From positions 1 through 49,302 of the forward strand of contig MFTO01000001.1 of the NCBI GenBank assembly GCA_001786835.1: a stretch of 49,302 nt of DNA, written 5' to 3'. Below are positions 17,808 through 27,683 of the stretch, piece after piece. The position numbers and the translations under genes were made by a program. The notes beneath the pieces were generated by a model, which saw only the letters and a list, made by a program, of their open reading frames with translations, was not told the origin of the DNA and did not search any database. The stretch's first letter is position 1; each line of letters begins with the position of its first letter. The DNA is from Candidatus Nomurabacteria bacterium RIFCSPHIGHO2_01_FULL_40_20. GTDB taxonomy: Bacteria > Patescibacteriota > Minisyncoccia > Phycocordibacterales > UBA9973.

Positions 17808-18974
17808 TTACTTAGTGGCAAGCATTTTTTGTATTTCTCTCAAACCTCTGGCTCTTTTTTTCATTCCAAGCTTACTGGCAAGATTAGCCGCCTTACCATA
17901 AAGCTTTTGTCTCTCCAGAATTAGAATCCTCTTTTTTTGCATTGAATGGTCACCAGTTAGTTTAACGTACTGTGAAATAACTGACTCTGCACCTGAAAAA
18001 GAGGAGTCACTTTTCTCAATGCGATAATCAATTGCTTTAGCAAACCACTTTTTGACTAAACTTGGTTTTTCTGCTACCCAACACAGATGACCCATTTCTA
18101 CACAGTCATCTACGCGTTTTTTATTGCTCGACACATATTCCTCTGCTCTTAGTAGAACCTTTGGAATACTTGCCTTTGCCCCTACCAATTTTAGTGCCTT
18201 TACCAACTCCTCATAGAAACGAGGTGGTTCTAACTCCAGCCTGACGACCTCTTGATTTAAGATTTTTATAATCTCTGACTTAAAACCCAAGTACAAAGCG
18301 ACCTCAGCAAAATTATAAACCCAGTGGATATCGTCTTTCGGAAACCCTCTTGTCCAAATAATTTTAGCGATTTCTTCCTTTTTCTTTGGCAAGTAATTTT
18401 TGGCAATTCTCCATGCATCAGCGAGGTGGTAACTTTTTATGTTCGGCCCAGTAGTTAAATGTGTTATCGCACTCTCATAGGCACCTGTGTTCACTAGCTG
18501 AAAAGCAATCATGGTATCAGGTGTAACTCCTATCAAACCAAGGTTGTCAAACTTTTTCCTGTGCAGTTCAAGAACATTTTGGCACACATTTAAAGCTTTA
18601 TATGATTTGTACGCAGATTCAGCTTCTTCTTTTGAGCTTGAACGAGGAAGTTCACTAAGGAAGTATTCGACTAGCTTGTCCTGCTTCCACTCGTTAAGTC
18701 TATTTGGTATAGACCCGGCGGATATCATATATTTTAGACCCTCGTCGATATACATCTTACCGTACTTGTACACATTTCGGAGCGTATTATTCTCTATCGC
18801 AAAATCTACTTCGCTTACAAGAATTTTAGTTTCCAAGTAACCTTCGAACTCCAGGAGAAGATCAACTACTGCTTTATAGCCAGGTACATAGATGGAATAA
18901 AGGAATTCCACCTTGTTTTTCTTGAAAGAGAGGTTGTTTAAAAGCAACCTTAACTCCTTAACAGTTTTTTTCAT
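17808..18974 (-). CDS. Hypothetical alpha-helical (TPR-like) protein
   Basis: 388-aa ORF rich in A/Y/L/K helices. Confidence 0.65.
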   Translation of the reverse strand: MKKTVKELRLLLNNLSFKKNKVEFLYSIYVPGYKAVVDLLLEFEGYLETKILVSEVDFAIENNTLRNVYKYGKMYIDEGLKYMISAGSIPNRLNEWKQDKLVEYFLSELPRSSSKEEAESAYKSYKALNVCQNVLELHRKKFDNLGLIGVTPDTMIAFQLVNTGAYESAITHLTTGPNIKSYHLADAWRIAKNYLPKKKEEIAKIIWTRGFPKDDIHWVYNFAEVALYLGFKSEIIKILNQEVVRLELEPPRFYEELVKALKLVGAKASIPKVLLRAEEYVSSNKKRVDDCVEMGHLCWVAEKPSLVKKWFAKAIDYRIEKSDSSFSGAESVISQYVKLTGDHSMQKKRILILERQKLYGKAANLASKLGMKKRARGLREIQKMLATK

Positions 18975-19094
18975 ATTGTTATGTTGTTTTATTTAAAGAA
19001 ATTTTATTCCAATACTATTACAACATACTTTTTAAGAAATTGCAATGAGAGTACTGGGAGTTATGGATATAAAAAGTTCTGATATAATTACCTG

Positions 19095-19706
19095 ATGGAT
19101 AACATAGACAAGCTAACTGAAATTTTCAAAGAATTCCCGGGTATCGGCGCACGGCAGGCAAAGCGTTTTGTGTATCACTTGATGATGCGCAATGGCGCTT
19201 ATTCAGAAAACCTAGCACAGCTTATAACTGAATTAAAAAAAGAAGTAACACAGTGCAAAGAATGTTTCCGATTTTATTTGAATTCCAAACAAAAAGATTT
19301 CGTTTGTGATTTATGCGCTGACCAAAATTCCGACTCAACCCTCCTTATGGTAGTAGAAAAAGATACTGATTTGGAATCTGTCCGCAAAAGCAGACTTTAT
19401 AATGGCAGATACTTTATTCTTGGTGGACTTGTCCCCATCGTTGAGAAAACAACCAAAAGCAAAGTGCGCGTAAATGAACTTTTGGAGAAGATAAAAAAGT
19501 CCTCTGCGCTCAAAGAAATAATTCTCGCCTTTTCCCTCTCGCCCCAAGGCGACCATACTGACCACTATATCCGCGGAGAAATAAATCCGCTCGCCGAGAA
19601 AATGGGAATCAAAATCTCCTCCCTCGGCCGTGGCCTCTCCACTGGCACCGAACTAGAATATTCCGACAACGACACCCTCAAAAATGCTCTAAAAAATCGG
19701 CAATAA
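19095..19706 (+). CDS. recR: Recombination mediator RecR
   Basis: FPGIGARQAKR, C4 zinc finger, Toprim, GTELEYSD. Confidence 0.95.
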   Translation: MDNIDKLTEIFKEFPGIGARQAKRFVYHLMMRNGAYSENLAQLITELKKEVTQCKECFRFYLNSKQKDFVCDLCADQNSDSTLLMVVEKDTDLESVRKSRLYNGRYFILGGLVPIVEKTTKSKVRVNELLEKIKKSSALKEIILAFSLSPQGDHTDHYIRGEINPLAEKMGIKISSLGRGLSTGTELEYSDNDTLKNALKNRQ

Positions 19707-19708
19707 AA

Positions 19709-20497
19709 ATGACAAAGGAAGACAAGAAAAATTTAATAAAAGCGACTCATGCTGGAGGTAAAATTTTAAAGAAATATTTCGGAAAAACTTTAAACCTTGT
19801 TGAGAAATCAATGATTGCAGATTTTAAAACCGAAGCTGATACTGAATCAGAAAAAACCATACTCCGAATACTTAAAAAAGAATTCAAAAACTACAACATC
19901 CATTCGGAAGAAAATGGAAAAATAAATAAGAGTTCTAAATACACAATCGTGATAGATCCCTTAGACGGCACTAATAATTTCGTCTTAGGAATTCCTAATT
20001 TTTCTATTACCATCGCAGTACTCTTTGAGGGTGAAGCTATTGCTGGAGTAATTCATCAACCTATCCTTAAGCAAACTTACTTTGCGGAAAAAGGCAAGGG
20101 CGCTTTTTTGAATAATAAAAAAATAAAGGTAAACAATAATAAAGACCCAAAAGCTTTAACCATCGCCTATAGCTGTGGCTATAAAACTTCGCATACACGC
20201 ATTGCAAATATCATCCGCTCTTTGGTTGTTTCTAAATTCTACAAACGGGTAACCTTCAATTGGTCTCCAGCTTATGACCATTGCCTCTTGGCGTCTGGAA
20301 AAATAGAAGCACTGATAACTGACGCTGGCACAGAAATATACGATTTTGGCGCCGGAAAATTAATCGCAAAAGAAGCCGGCGCCAAGATTTACACCCTAGA
20401 CGGCAAAAAAGATACTGATTTCTTAAACGATGCATTCATTATAGGTAATAGTGAAAAGGTAATAAAAAATGTCCTCAAAAGAATTCCAAATAGATAA
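19709..20497 (+). CDS. suhB: Inositol monophosphatase family protein
   Basis: SEE, IDPLDGTNNF, YDFGAG. Confidence 0.9.
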   Translation: MTKEDKKNLIKATHAGGKILKKYFGKTLNLVEKSMIADFKTEADTESEKTILRILKKEFKNYNIHSEENGKINKSSKYTIVIDPLDGTNNFVLGIPNFSITIAVLFEGEAIAGVIHQPILKQTYFAEKGKGAFLNNKKIKVNNNKDPKALTIAYSCGYKTSHTRIANIIRSLVVSKFYKRVTFNWSPAYDHCLLASGKIEALITDAGTEIYDFGAGKLIAKEAGAKIYTLDGKKDTDFLNDAFIIGNSEKVIKNVLKRIPNR

Positions 20498-20571
20498 CAA
20501 CAGAGAATTTGGTTTCAAGCTCAAAAATTATATTGGATCTAATTATAGTAAGTAAGCGATGAATTTAGAAT

Positions 20572-20874
20572 TTACTGTTCTTTTTTCCAGCGAATTTGAA
20601 AACGCTGTTGGTAAATTTTTATTACTTCATTAAAAATAGCTGACATATTATTTACTAATACTGTTTTTCTTATTTCATCTTTTTTTAGAATATCATACTG
20701 CGCAAGATAATCATCCTGTAAATCAAAATAACGCCTAGTTAAAAACTCTTTTATCCCTCCAGATGTTTCTACTAAATTTATATTATTTCCTAAATATTCA
20801 ATTAAATACCTCAAAAAATCCTGATCGATTTCTGGTTCCTTGGTTTTTTCTATATTCGAATTAAACTCACTCAT
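20572..20874 (-). CDS. Hypothetical protein
   Basis: 100-aa AT-rich ORF coupled to the rplU stop. Confidence 0.55.
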   Translation of the reverse strand: MSEFNSNIEKTKEPEIDQDFLRYLIEYLGNNINLVETSGGIKEFLTRRYFDLQDDYLAQYDILKKDEIRKTVLVNNMSAIFNEVIKIYQQRFQIRWKKEQ

Positions 20875-21209
20875 TATTTTATGCTAGTTATTTTTACCTT
20901 GAAAAATGGCTGGCGGTGAGTGTTACGGCGGAGATATCGAGACTTTTGTTTGTATTTCATGACGAGAACTTTGCGAGCGCGTCCGATTTCTATTATTTCA
21001 GCATTTACTTTTGCTCCAGTAATGTAAGGAGTACCGATGGTGGTGTCTTTGCCGTCGTCCACCAAGAGCACTTTATCAAAAGAGATTTTGTCGCCTTTGG
21101 CATATTCTTTGCCAAGAGTTTTTATTTTTTCAATAGAAACAATCATCCCTTCGGAGACTTTGTATTGCTTTCCGCCTGTTTGTATGACTGCAAATTCATC
21201 CTTTTTCAT
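20874..21209 (-). CDS. rplU: 50S ribosomal protein L21
   Basis: FAVIQTGGKQYKVSEG, IGTPYITGAKV, HRQPF; start trimmed to MKKDEF. Confidence 0.96.
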   Translation of the reverse strand: MKKDEFAVIQTGGKQYKVSEGMIVSIEKIKTLGKEYAKGDKISFDKVLLVDDGKDTTIGTPYITGAKVNAEIIEIGRARKVLVMKYKQKSRYLRRNTHRQPFFKVKITSIK

Positions 21210-21266
21210 ATTATTTGATACTAGCTCAAATTTGAGAAAATTGCAAACCTTTGCTATGATAAAAGG

Positions 21267-22292
21267 ATGCAAACCAAAATCATAGAGCGTTATTTTTTCT
21301 TTGGGCTACTCCTCGCTACTTTTATTTTTACCTTTTTTATTTTCCAGCCTTTTTGGATAGTGCTCGTTTTGAGTATTTGTTTTTCTATAGTCCTATACCC
21401 TTTTTATGAATGGTTTAGGGAAAGGAGATTGCCGAGCTGGCTCTCTAGTCTGCTCACTGTGCTTTTGTTCACATTGGTGCTCTTGGGACCTATTGCGGGC
21501 ATTGGGATATTGGTGTTTGACCAAAGTCAAGATGTTTACCGTTCGGTGGTAGAAGGACAAGGCGTCGGCACATTTATAGATTCTATTGATAACGGAGTTA
21601 ATAAATTATTGCCTCAAGGTATAACTTTTGATGTCAAAGAAAAAATCTCAGACTTTGTGCTTGTGGTTTCAAATAACATCACGAAAATATTTAGTACCAC
21701 TCTTTCCGCTTTTTTCTCTTTGACACTCATGCTTTTAGCTATTTTTTATTTTTTGAAAGACGGCGCCAAGTGGCGACAGAAATTGGTAGAGCTCTCTCCG
21801 CTTAGAGATAAAGACGACAAAAAAATAATCGTGCGTTTAGAGAAAGCGGTCAATGGGGTAATCAAGGGTTATCTCTTGATTGCGGTAATCCAAGGACTAC
21901 TCATGGGTGTTGGTTTTTCTATTTTTGGAATTCCCAACGGCGCGCTCTGGGGAGTGGTCGCGGCTATTGCGTCCTTAGTCCCGATGATAGGCACGGCTTT
22001 CGTCTCTGTGCCGGCAATTATTTTTCTTTTCGCCACCGGACACGATGTCTCGGCTTTTGGATTTATAATTTGGTCTGTAGTCGTGGTGGGCACGGTTGAT
22101 AATTTATTAAATCCGTTTATCGTGGGCAGTAAAATAAACATTCCTCCCCTTTTTATTCTCTTTGCGGTCCTCGGAGGTATTTCTATTATGGGACCCGTCG
22201 GAGTCTTGGTGGGGCCACTCGCGGTGAGCTTGCTTTATACTTTGATTTCAATTTACAAAAGTGAATTTAAACAGGACACTGTTTTACAATAA
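21267..22292 (+). CDS. AI-2E family transporter
   Basis: FYFLKDG, VPMIG, VDNLLNP, GPVGVLVGP. Confidence 0.92.
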   Translation: MQTKIIERYFFFGLLLATFIFTFFIFQPFWIVLVLSICFSIVLYPFYEWFRERRLPSWLSSLLTVLLFTLVLLGPIAGIGILVFDQSQDVYRSVVEGQGVGTFIDSIDNGVNKLLPQGITFDVKEKISDFVLVVSNNITKIFSTTLSAFFSLTLMLLAIFYFLKDGAKWRQKLVELSPLRDKDDKKIIVRLEKAVNGVIKGYLLIAVIQGLLMGVGFSIFGIPNGALWGVVAAIASLVPMIGTAFVSVPAIIFLFATGHDVSAFGFIIWSVVVVGTVDNLLNPFIVGSKINIPPLFILFAVLGGISIMGPVGVLVGPLAVSLLYTLISIYKSEFKQDTVLQ

Positions 22293-22304
22293 ATTACTTT
22301 TTTT

Positions 22305-23717
22305 ATGTCAATCCAGTTTTACAACACTCTCACGCGCCAAAAAGAAGAATTTGTGCCTATCAACGCTAGCGAAGTCAAGTTTTACAGTTGCGGGCCAACG
22401 GTTTACAACTACCCACATATTGGAAACTACCGAGCTTACACTTTTGCCGATATTTTAAAACGGGTGCTTTTATACAATGACTACAAAGTGAAGCACATCA
22501 TGAACATCACGGACATTGACGACAAAACTATTCGCGACTCACAAAAAGAAGGAAAAAGTTTGAAGGAATTCACCGAGTTTTATACGGAAGGTTTTTTGGA
22601 AGATGTAAAAAAACTAAACATTCTGCCTCCAGAAAAATTCACCAAGGCCACAGACTACGTGGATGAAATGGTGAAAATTGTGGAGACACTTCTCAAAAAA
22701 GGCATTGCTTATAAAAGTGAAGACGGGTCTATTTATTATGATATTAAAAAATTTCCAAATTACGGCAAACTCTCTCGCCTCGTTTTAGAAGAACAAAAAG
22801 AAAACGCGAGCGGTAGAATCAAGACCGACGAATACGACAAAGAAAACGCGCAAGATTTCGCTCTTTGGAAAGCGTGGGATGAAAATGATGGCGAGGTTTT
22901 CTGGACCCCGCCCTTCGCGAAGGGCGGGGGGGCAACCTCTTTAGGCAAAGGACGACCCGGCTGGCACATAGAATGCTCCGCTATGAGTATGGCAAATCTG
23001 GGTGAGCAAATAGATGTGCATACTGGTGGAGTGGACAATATATTCCCTCACCATGAAAACGAAATCGCCCAGAGTGAAGGCGCCACCGGCAAGCAATTTG
23101 TAAAGTACTGGGTGCACAACGAATGGGTCTTGGTAGATGGCAAAAAAATGGCAAAGTCTGCGCACAATTTTTATACTCTCAAAGATTTGACCGATAAAGG
23201 CATTGATCCGCTCGTTTACCGTTTTTGGCTACTGATGGCAAACTACGGCACGCGGGTAAACTTCGTCTGGGACGCGCTCAAAGCTTCCGAAGTTGCGCTC
23301 AAACGTTTACAGCGACTTTATTTGGAGCTAGGACCCTCCGACGCTAAAGCTTTGGAGGGCAAGGAAGAAGTAGGGAGAATAGATGAGAATTATAAAAAGA
23401 AATTCAAAGAGCATGTCAGTAATGATCTAGATACTCCTCGCGGACTCTCCACGCTGTGGGATTTAATAAAAGATGAAAATATCCCCGACGCCGACAAGAA
23501 GGCAACCATCCTAGACTTTGATAAAGTGCTAGGTCTCGGCTTTGCGGATTTAAAAGAAGACATAATTCCAGAAGAAATTACTAAGCTCGTAAACGAACGC
23601 GCCCTCGCTCGCCAAAATAAAGACTTTAAACTTTCTGACGACCTCCGTACGCAAATAAATTCTCTTGGCTTTGATGTGAAAGACACCGACCTAGGCCAAA
23701 AGGTTTCAAAAATCTAG
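22305..23717 (+). CDS. cysS: Cysteinyl-tRNA synthetase
   Basis: CGPTVYNYPHIGN, DFALWK, GRPGWHIECSAM, FPHHENE, KMAKS. Confidence 0.98.
   Translation: MSIQFYNTLTRQKEEFVPINASEVKFYSCGPTVYNYPHIGNYRAYTFADILKRVLLYNDYKVKHIMNITDIDDKTIRDSQKEGKSLKEFTEFYTEGFLEDVKKLNILPPEKFTKATDYVDEMVKIVETLLKKGIAYKSEDGSIYYDIKKFPNYGKLSRLVLEEQKENASGRIKTDEYDKENAQDFALWKAWDENDGEVFWTPPFAKGGGATSLGKGRPGWHIECSAMSMANLGEQIDVHTGGVDNIFPHHENEIAQSEGATGKQFVKYWVHNEWVLVDGKKMAKSAHNFYTLKDLTDKGIDPLVYRFWLLMANYGTRVNFVWDALKASEVALKRLQRLYLELGPSDAKALEGKEEVGRIDENYKKKFKEHVSNDLDTPRGLSTLWDLIKDENIPDADKKATILDFDKVLGLGFADLKEDIIPEEITKLVNERALARQNKDFKLSDDLRTQINSLGFDVKDTDLGQKVSKI
22906..22929. repeat. Perfect 24-bp palindrome in-frame in cysS
   Basis: ccccgcccttcg|cgaagggcgggg, encodes PPFAKGG. 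Confidence 0.85.
23334..23363. repeat. Hairpin element in-frame in cysS
   Basis: ccctcc-gacgctaaagcttt-ggaggg-caag, encodes PSDAKALEGK. Confidence 0.7.
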
Positions 23718-23796
23718 CCTTCCCTTTTTCTGGGTTTTGTGGTAAAAATCATATAGATAGAATCTAATTTTTTAATTTGTTCTAAAACTTAATAGC

Positions 23797-24093
23797 ATGG
23801 AAGTATTAAAAGCATTAATCGGTGTAATCATTTGCGTAATGGTTATCGCTTTTCTTTGGACACTTATTTTAAAACCTGCATTGGAGTACATAATGTATAG
23901 ACCTGGCACAGGAATAAGAATAAGGGAGACGTACAAAGAAATGGATAAAAAAGAAGATTTCCTTCTTCATTATAATATCCGAAAGAAATATAACATCAAG
24001 AATTTCTCGAGGATAGTTATGCACAGAGAGATACAAGATGAGAAAACTGAACCACCATATAGAAACTTTCAAATGGTGGTAGAATATTGGTAA
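23797..24093 (+). CDS. Hypothetical membrane-anchored protein
   Basis: N-terminal TM helix; has its own terminator. Confidence 0.6.
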   Translation: MEVLKALIGVIICVMVIAFLWTLILKPALEYIMYRPGTGIRIRETYKEMDKKEDFLLHYNIRKKYNIKNFSRIVMHREIQDEKTEPPYRNFQMVVEYW

Positions 24094-24116
24094 TTTTTTT
24101 GTAAAGCCCCCAAACC

Positions 24117-24157
24117 AAAATAGTCAAACCTGGCAATAGTAAAGTTTGACTATTTTT
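24117..24157. terminator. Bidirectional terminator
   Basis: aaaatagtcaaac ... gtttgactatttt. Confidence 0.7.
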
Positions 24158-24170
24158 ATTTCAATAATAA

Positions 24171-24206
24171 TTTTTCATTCTAACATTCTATAGAACATTG
24201 GAATGA
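24171..24206. repeat. 36-bp imperfect palindrome, identical copy at 32399-32434
   Basis: tttttcattctaacattctatagaacattggaatga. Confidence 0.9.
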
Positions 24207-24208
24207 CT

Positions 24209-25324
24209 TTAAAGTAGTTTTACAATATCGTGATACGTCACCACGAGCATGAGGATGATAAGGAGCGCAAAGCCGATGGTGTTGGTGATGTTAAAGATTT
24301 TTGGATTTATTCGCGAGCCTTTTATTTTTTCAATAAGGAGAAAGAGCAGTCGTCCACCGTCGAGCGCCGGAAATGGAATCAGGTTTATGATGGCGAGGTT
24401 GATAGAGATAAGCGCCGCGAAAGATAGGAGGTATACAAAACCAAACTGCGCTGCATCCCCCACGATGCCAACGATGCCAACAGGTCCAGTAACTGAATCA
24501 AAACTCCCCTCGCCTTTAATTCCGTCCGCAATCAGCGTATAGAGCCCTACTGCAGTGCCTTTAGTCACAGAGAGGTTCAGCTTCATTCCTTGCCAAAGTG
24601 AGCTAAATAAAGGCAATTTGAGCGTTCCTACTGTGTCTAGAGCCACTCCTATCAAAGGACTCCCAGTTTCAGAGTCTGTTTTCGGAACAATCTCTACGGT
24701 ATTTAATTTATTTTCTCTACCTCGCAGATAGCCAACCTCTACCCCATCCTCACCAGAATTTTCAGAAATAAATTCTTTGAATTTCTCTGGAGTTATATTC
24801 GGTGCTTCTAAAAAATTATCCTCCCTGTTTGCTAAATAAACCACTTTGTCTCCCGACTCCAGCCCTGCAATTTCTGCCGGAGAATCTTTGAGCACGGAGA
24901 CTATCAACAAATTTGTATCTTTGAGTTCATATCCCGCCGGCGCGTTTTGAAGCGACATCGGAAGCCCAGACATAAAACCAACAGAAAATAAAACCCAAGC
25001 CAACACAAAGTTCATAAACACTCCCGCGAAAAGAACAATCGCTTGTTGCCATCGAGGCTTGTTTACAAAACTTCTGTTTGCATCGGGTCCGGTAGTATTT
25101 TCTGCATCCGGATTTTCTCCGAAAATTTTTACAAATCCTCCAATCGGAAGCCAATTTAGGGTATACTCCGTGTCCCCTTTTTTAAAAAGTGTCGCCGCTT
25201 TCGGCGGAAAACCAAAACCAAATTCGTCCACCCGAATATCAAATTTCCGCGCCGTAAAAAAATGCCCCCACTCGTGGACCAAGACTAACACTAGTAAAAT
25301 TACTAAAAATATAATTACGGACAT
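24209..25324 (-). CDS. rseP: RIP metalloprotease RseP (M50 with PDZ)
   Basis: HEWGH, PIGGFV, NLIPFPALDGG. Confidence 0.95.
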   Translation of the reverse strand: MSVIIFLVILLVLVLVHEWGHFFTARKFDIRVDEFGFGFPPKAATLFKKGDTEYTLNWLPIGGFVKIFGENPDAENTTGPDANRSFVNKPRWQQAIVLFAGVFMNFVLAWVLFSVGFMSGLPMSLQNAPAGYELKDTNLLIVSVLKDSPAEIAGLESGDKVVYLANREDNFLEAPNITPEKFKEFISENSGEDGVEVGYLRGRENKLNTVEIVPKTDSETGSPLIGVALDTVGTLKLPLFSSLWQGMKLNLSVTKGTAVGLYTLIADGIKGEGSFDSVTGPVGIVGIVGDAAQFGFVYLLSFAALISINLAIINLIPFPALDGGRLLFLLIEKIKGSRINPKIFNITNTIGFALLIILMLVVTYHDIVKLL

Positions 25325-25326
25325 TA

Positions 25327-27099
25327 TTAACTCACTTCTTGTTTATAACAGTCTTCACAATACACTATTTTTTCCAGATTGTCATACGTGGTCTTAAAAG
25401 AATTTCCGCAAGGAGAATTGCCATGATAAGGATGCTCTATAGTATTTTTATATTTTTCATTTTTAGATTGCAATCCAGCGCAATCGCAATACCTCTCTCT
25501 GAGCTTGAGAGCATTCCTGTAGTCTAATCTTTTATGATGACGACAATTAGGGCAGTATCTAGGGAGTGGAATATTATTTTGTTTATAAAATATAAGTTCG
25601 TTTGGCATAATCCGGAAAGCAGTCTGACAATTATGCTCACCCTCGCCTTCGTTCATACAACCTATTACTTGCTCAGCAATATTCTCCGGTATTCCAGTAA
25701 CATCATCCGGCACGGTATGAGTATCCATTGTTGTTTTATATTCTCGCTCTTTAAGCTCTTTCCATGCATACCCAGCGCTTTCTGCTTCTTTCTTGTTTAA
25801 CGGAAAATGTTCCTGCGCCATGGATTCGTTGTAAGCAAAAGGAGAAACTTCGGGTGGGAAAAACTCACCATAGCCATATTTGCGACCGCTCTTATCAATA
25901 TATTGCATACTTTGTATATGTTCTTTAATTTTTTGAATCAATTCTTGGTATTCTTCTTTAGTGTATTGCTTGTTTAAAATACAATATTCTTTTTTCCGCA
26001 AACCAATACACCCAAAAAGATTAGAGGAAGAATCGCAATTGGAGCAATATTCTATGGAATTGCAACCATTGGAACACAGATCACTGAATTTTACATCATA
26101 ATTTTGTTTTGGAATTGCATGACACTCGTATAAAAGTTCATTTTGTATCGGAGACACAGTCACATCCATAGAATTTTTCAAGCCCATGGTAAAAAATAGA
26201 TTTTTTGAATCTTCACAATCATTGATAAAAAAGGCGTTTTCGCATTTATTGGAATTTAAAGCATAGTCCCCTGTCACATTTTCATTTTTCTTGCCATGCA
26301 TATAACGATGAGGAAACTTTTCCCACATACGGTTTACTTTTTCTTCAAAATGTGAAAAGTTCTGTCTGGAAGTAATTTTAAATTCTTTTAGCTTTGACTC
26401 GTATTTTTCCTTAGTATAAGGCTCGTTCCAAATGTAGTACTGCCTATCTTTTAACCCTACACAACCAAAACAATCCGAGCAATTATTACAATCGCGCAAA
26501 AACCAAGAATCCCGACAGGTAGTGGAGTCCACGGAAAATTTACAATTGTAACAAGAATCGCAATTGAAAGATTCATAACACCTATCACATTTGGTAATAT
26601 GGTCGCAGTCCAGACAATTTGTGCTCTCTGTTAGGTAACTCGAATACATGCAGTCTTCGTTGCCTCCAAGCGCCGTAAAACACATATAGCAATTCTTAGA
26701 ATCCACAATATAGTTTGAAGTATCAGAATTTACACTATTCACCTGCCAAAGAGCAATGCGTGGAGCTACTTTACCAAGTTCCATAAATTGTTCAAAGAAT
26801 GATTTTGAGAAATCATAATCTCTGCCATATTCCGTGCCATCCCATCCATCACCATACCAATACTCTCTAGAATAAACTGGGAAGGACACATTTTCATCAT
26901 AAAAACTGACTACTTTTTTACCGGTACCTGTGCAAAGACGTAAGCTAAGCACTCGCTCATTTCTACGCATAAGTCTCCGACGAAAACGCTCCTCGGGAGA
27001 AAAAGTCGGAAGTGGAACTCCTATTTTCTCGCAAAAAGAAGCTTCATCGTCTGTGATGATAAATTCTTTTTTTGTTGCCTGACAAATTCGTTTCTGCAT
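25327..27099 (-). CDS. Cys-rich repeat protein of unknown function (paralogue 1)
   Basis: CxxCxx repeats, ILNKQYTKEEY, GEFFP...FAYNE, terminal zinc-ribbon CxxC pairs. Confidence 0.85.
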   Translation of the reverse strand: MQKRICQATKKEFIITDDEASFCEKIGVPLPTFSPEERFRRRLMRRNERVLSLRLCTGTGKKVVSFYDENVSFPVYSREYWYGDGWDGTEYGRDYDFSKSFFEQFMELGKVAPRIALWQVNSVNSDTSNYIVDSKNCYMCFTALGGNEDCMYSSYLTESTNCLDCDHITKCDRCYESFNCDSCYNCKFSVDSTTCRDSWFLRDCNNCSDCFGCVGLKDRQYYIWNEPYTKEKYESKLKEFKITSRQNFSHFEEKVNRMWEKFPHRYMHGKKNENVTGDYALNSNKCENAFFINDCEDSKNLFFTMGLKNSMDVTVSPIQNELLYECHAIPKQNYDVKFSDLCSNGCNSIEYCSNCDSSSNLFGCIGLRKKEYCILNKQYTKEEYQELIQKIKEHIQSMQYIDKSGRKYGYGEFFPPEVSPFAYNESMAQEHFPLNKKEAESAGYAWKELKEREYKTTMDTHTVPDDVTGIPENIAEQVIGCMNEGEGEHNCQTAFRIMPNELIFYKQNNIPLPRYCPNCRHHKRLDYRNALKLRERYCDCAGLQSKNEKYKNTIEHPYHGNSPCGNSFKTTYDNLEKIVYCEDCYKQEVS

Positions 27100-27105
27100 A
27101 AACTT

Positions 27106-27657
27106 CTAATTCATAGACTCCTTTTCTTTCTTGCTAAAAATTGCTTCCAGATTTTTGTTGGTTTCGTCAATAATTTTTTGTAAGTCGTCTTTGGCGCGGA
27201 ATTTTTCGTCTTCGGTCATCTTGCCAGCTTTTTCTTGTTCTTGAATATCTTCCCAAATCTCTTCGCGTAGTCGACGCACTGAAATTCTAGCTTCTTCAAG
27301 TTTCTCTTTTAATACTTTTACCAAACTCTGCCTGTTCTCGGTCGTGAGTTGCGGAAAAATAACTCTGATTCCTGCCTCGTCCACCGCAAGCGAAAGACCT
27401 AGGTTTGCGCCAGCAATTGCTTTCTCTATGCCCTTTATCTGACTCTTGTCCCAAGGCGAAATACGCAAAGTCTTCGGGTCCTCAATCGCGATAGAAGCCA
27501 CATTTTTAAGTGGAGTATACGCGCCATAAGACTCTACCGATATGCCGTCTAGCGCCATCGGCGACGCTCGGCCGATATTTAGTTGGTTGTATTCCTTACT
27601 CAAAAAATCTTCTATCTTTTTAACCTCTGCCTTAAAATTTGAAAAATTGTATTGCAT
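27106..27657 (-). CDS. frr: Ribosome recycling factor
   Basis: GRASP, ISPWDKS, PQLTTENR, EEARISVR. Confidence 0.97.
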   Translation of the reverse strand: MQYNFSNFKAEVKKIEDFLSKEYNQLNIGRASPMALDGISVESYGAYTPLKNVASIAIEDPKTLRISPWDKSQIKGIEKAIAGANLGLSLAVDEAGIRVIFPQLTTENRQSLVKVLKEKLEEARISVRRLREEIWEDIQEQEKAGKMTEDEKFRAKDDLQKIIDETNKNLEAIFSKKEKESMN

Positions 27658-27683
27658 CCCTGTATTGTAGCATATTTTTTAAA

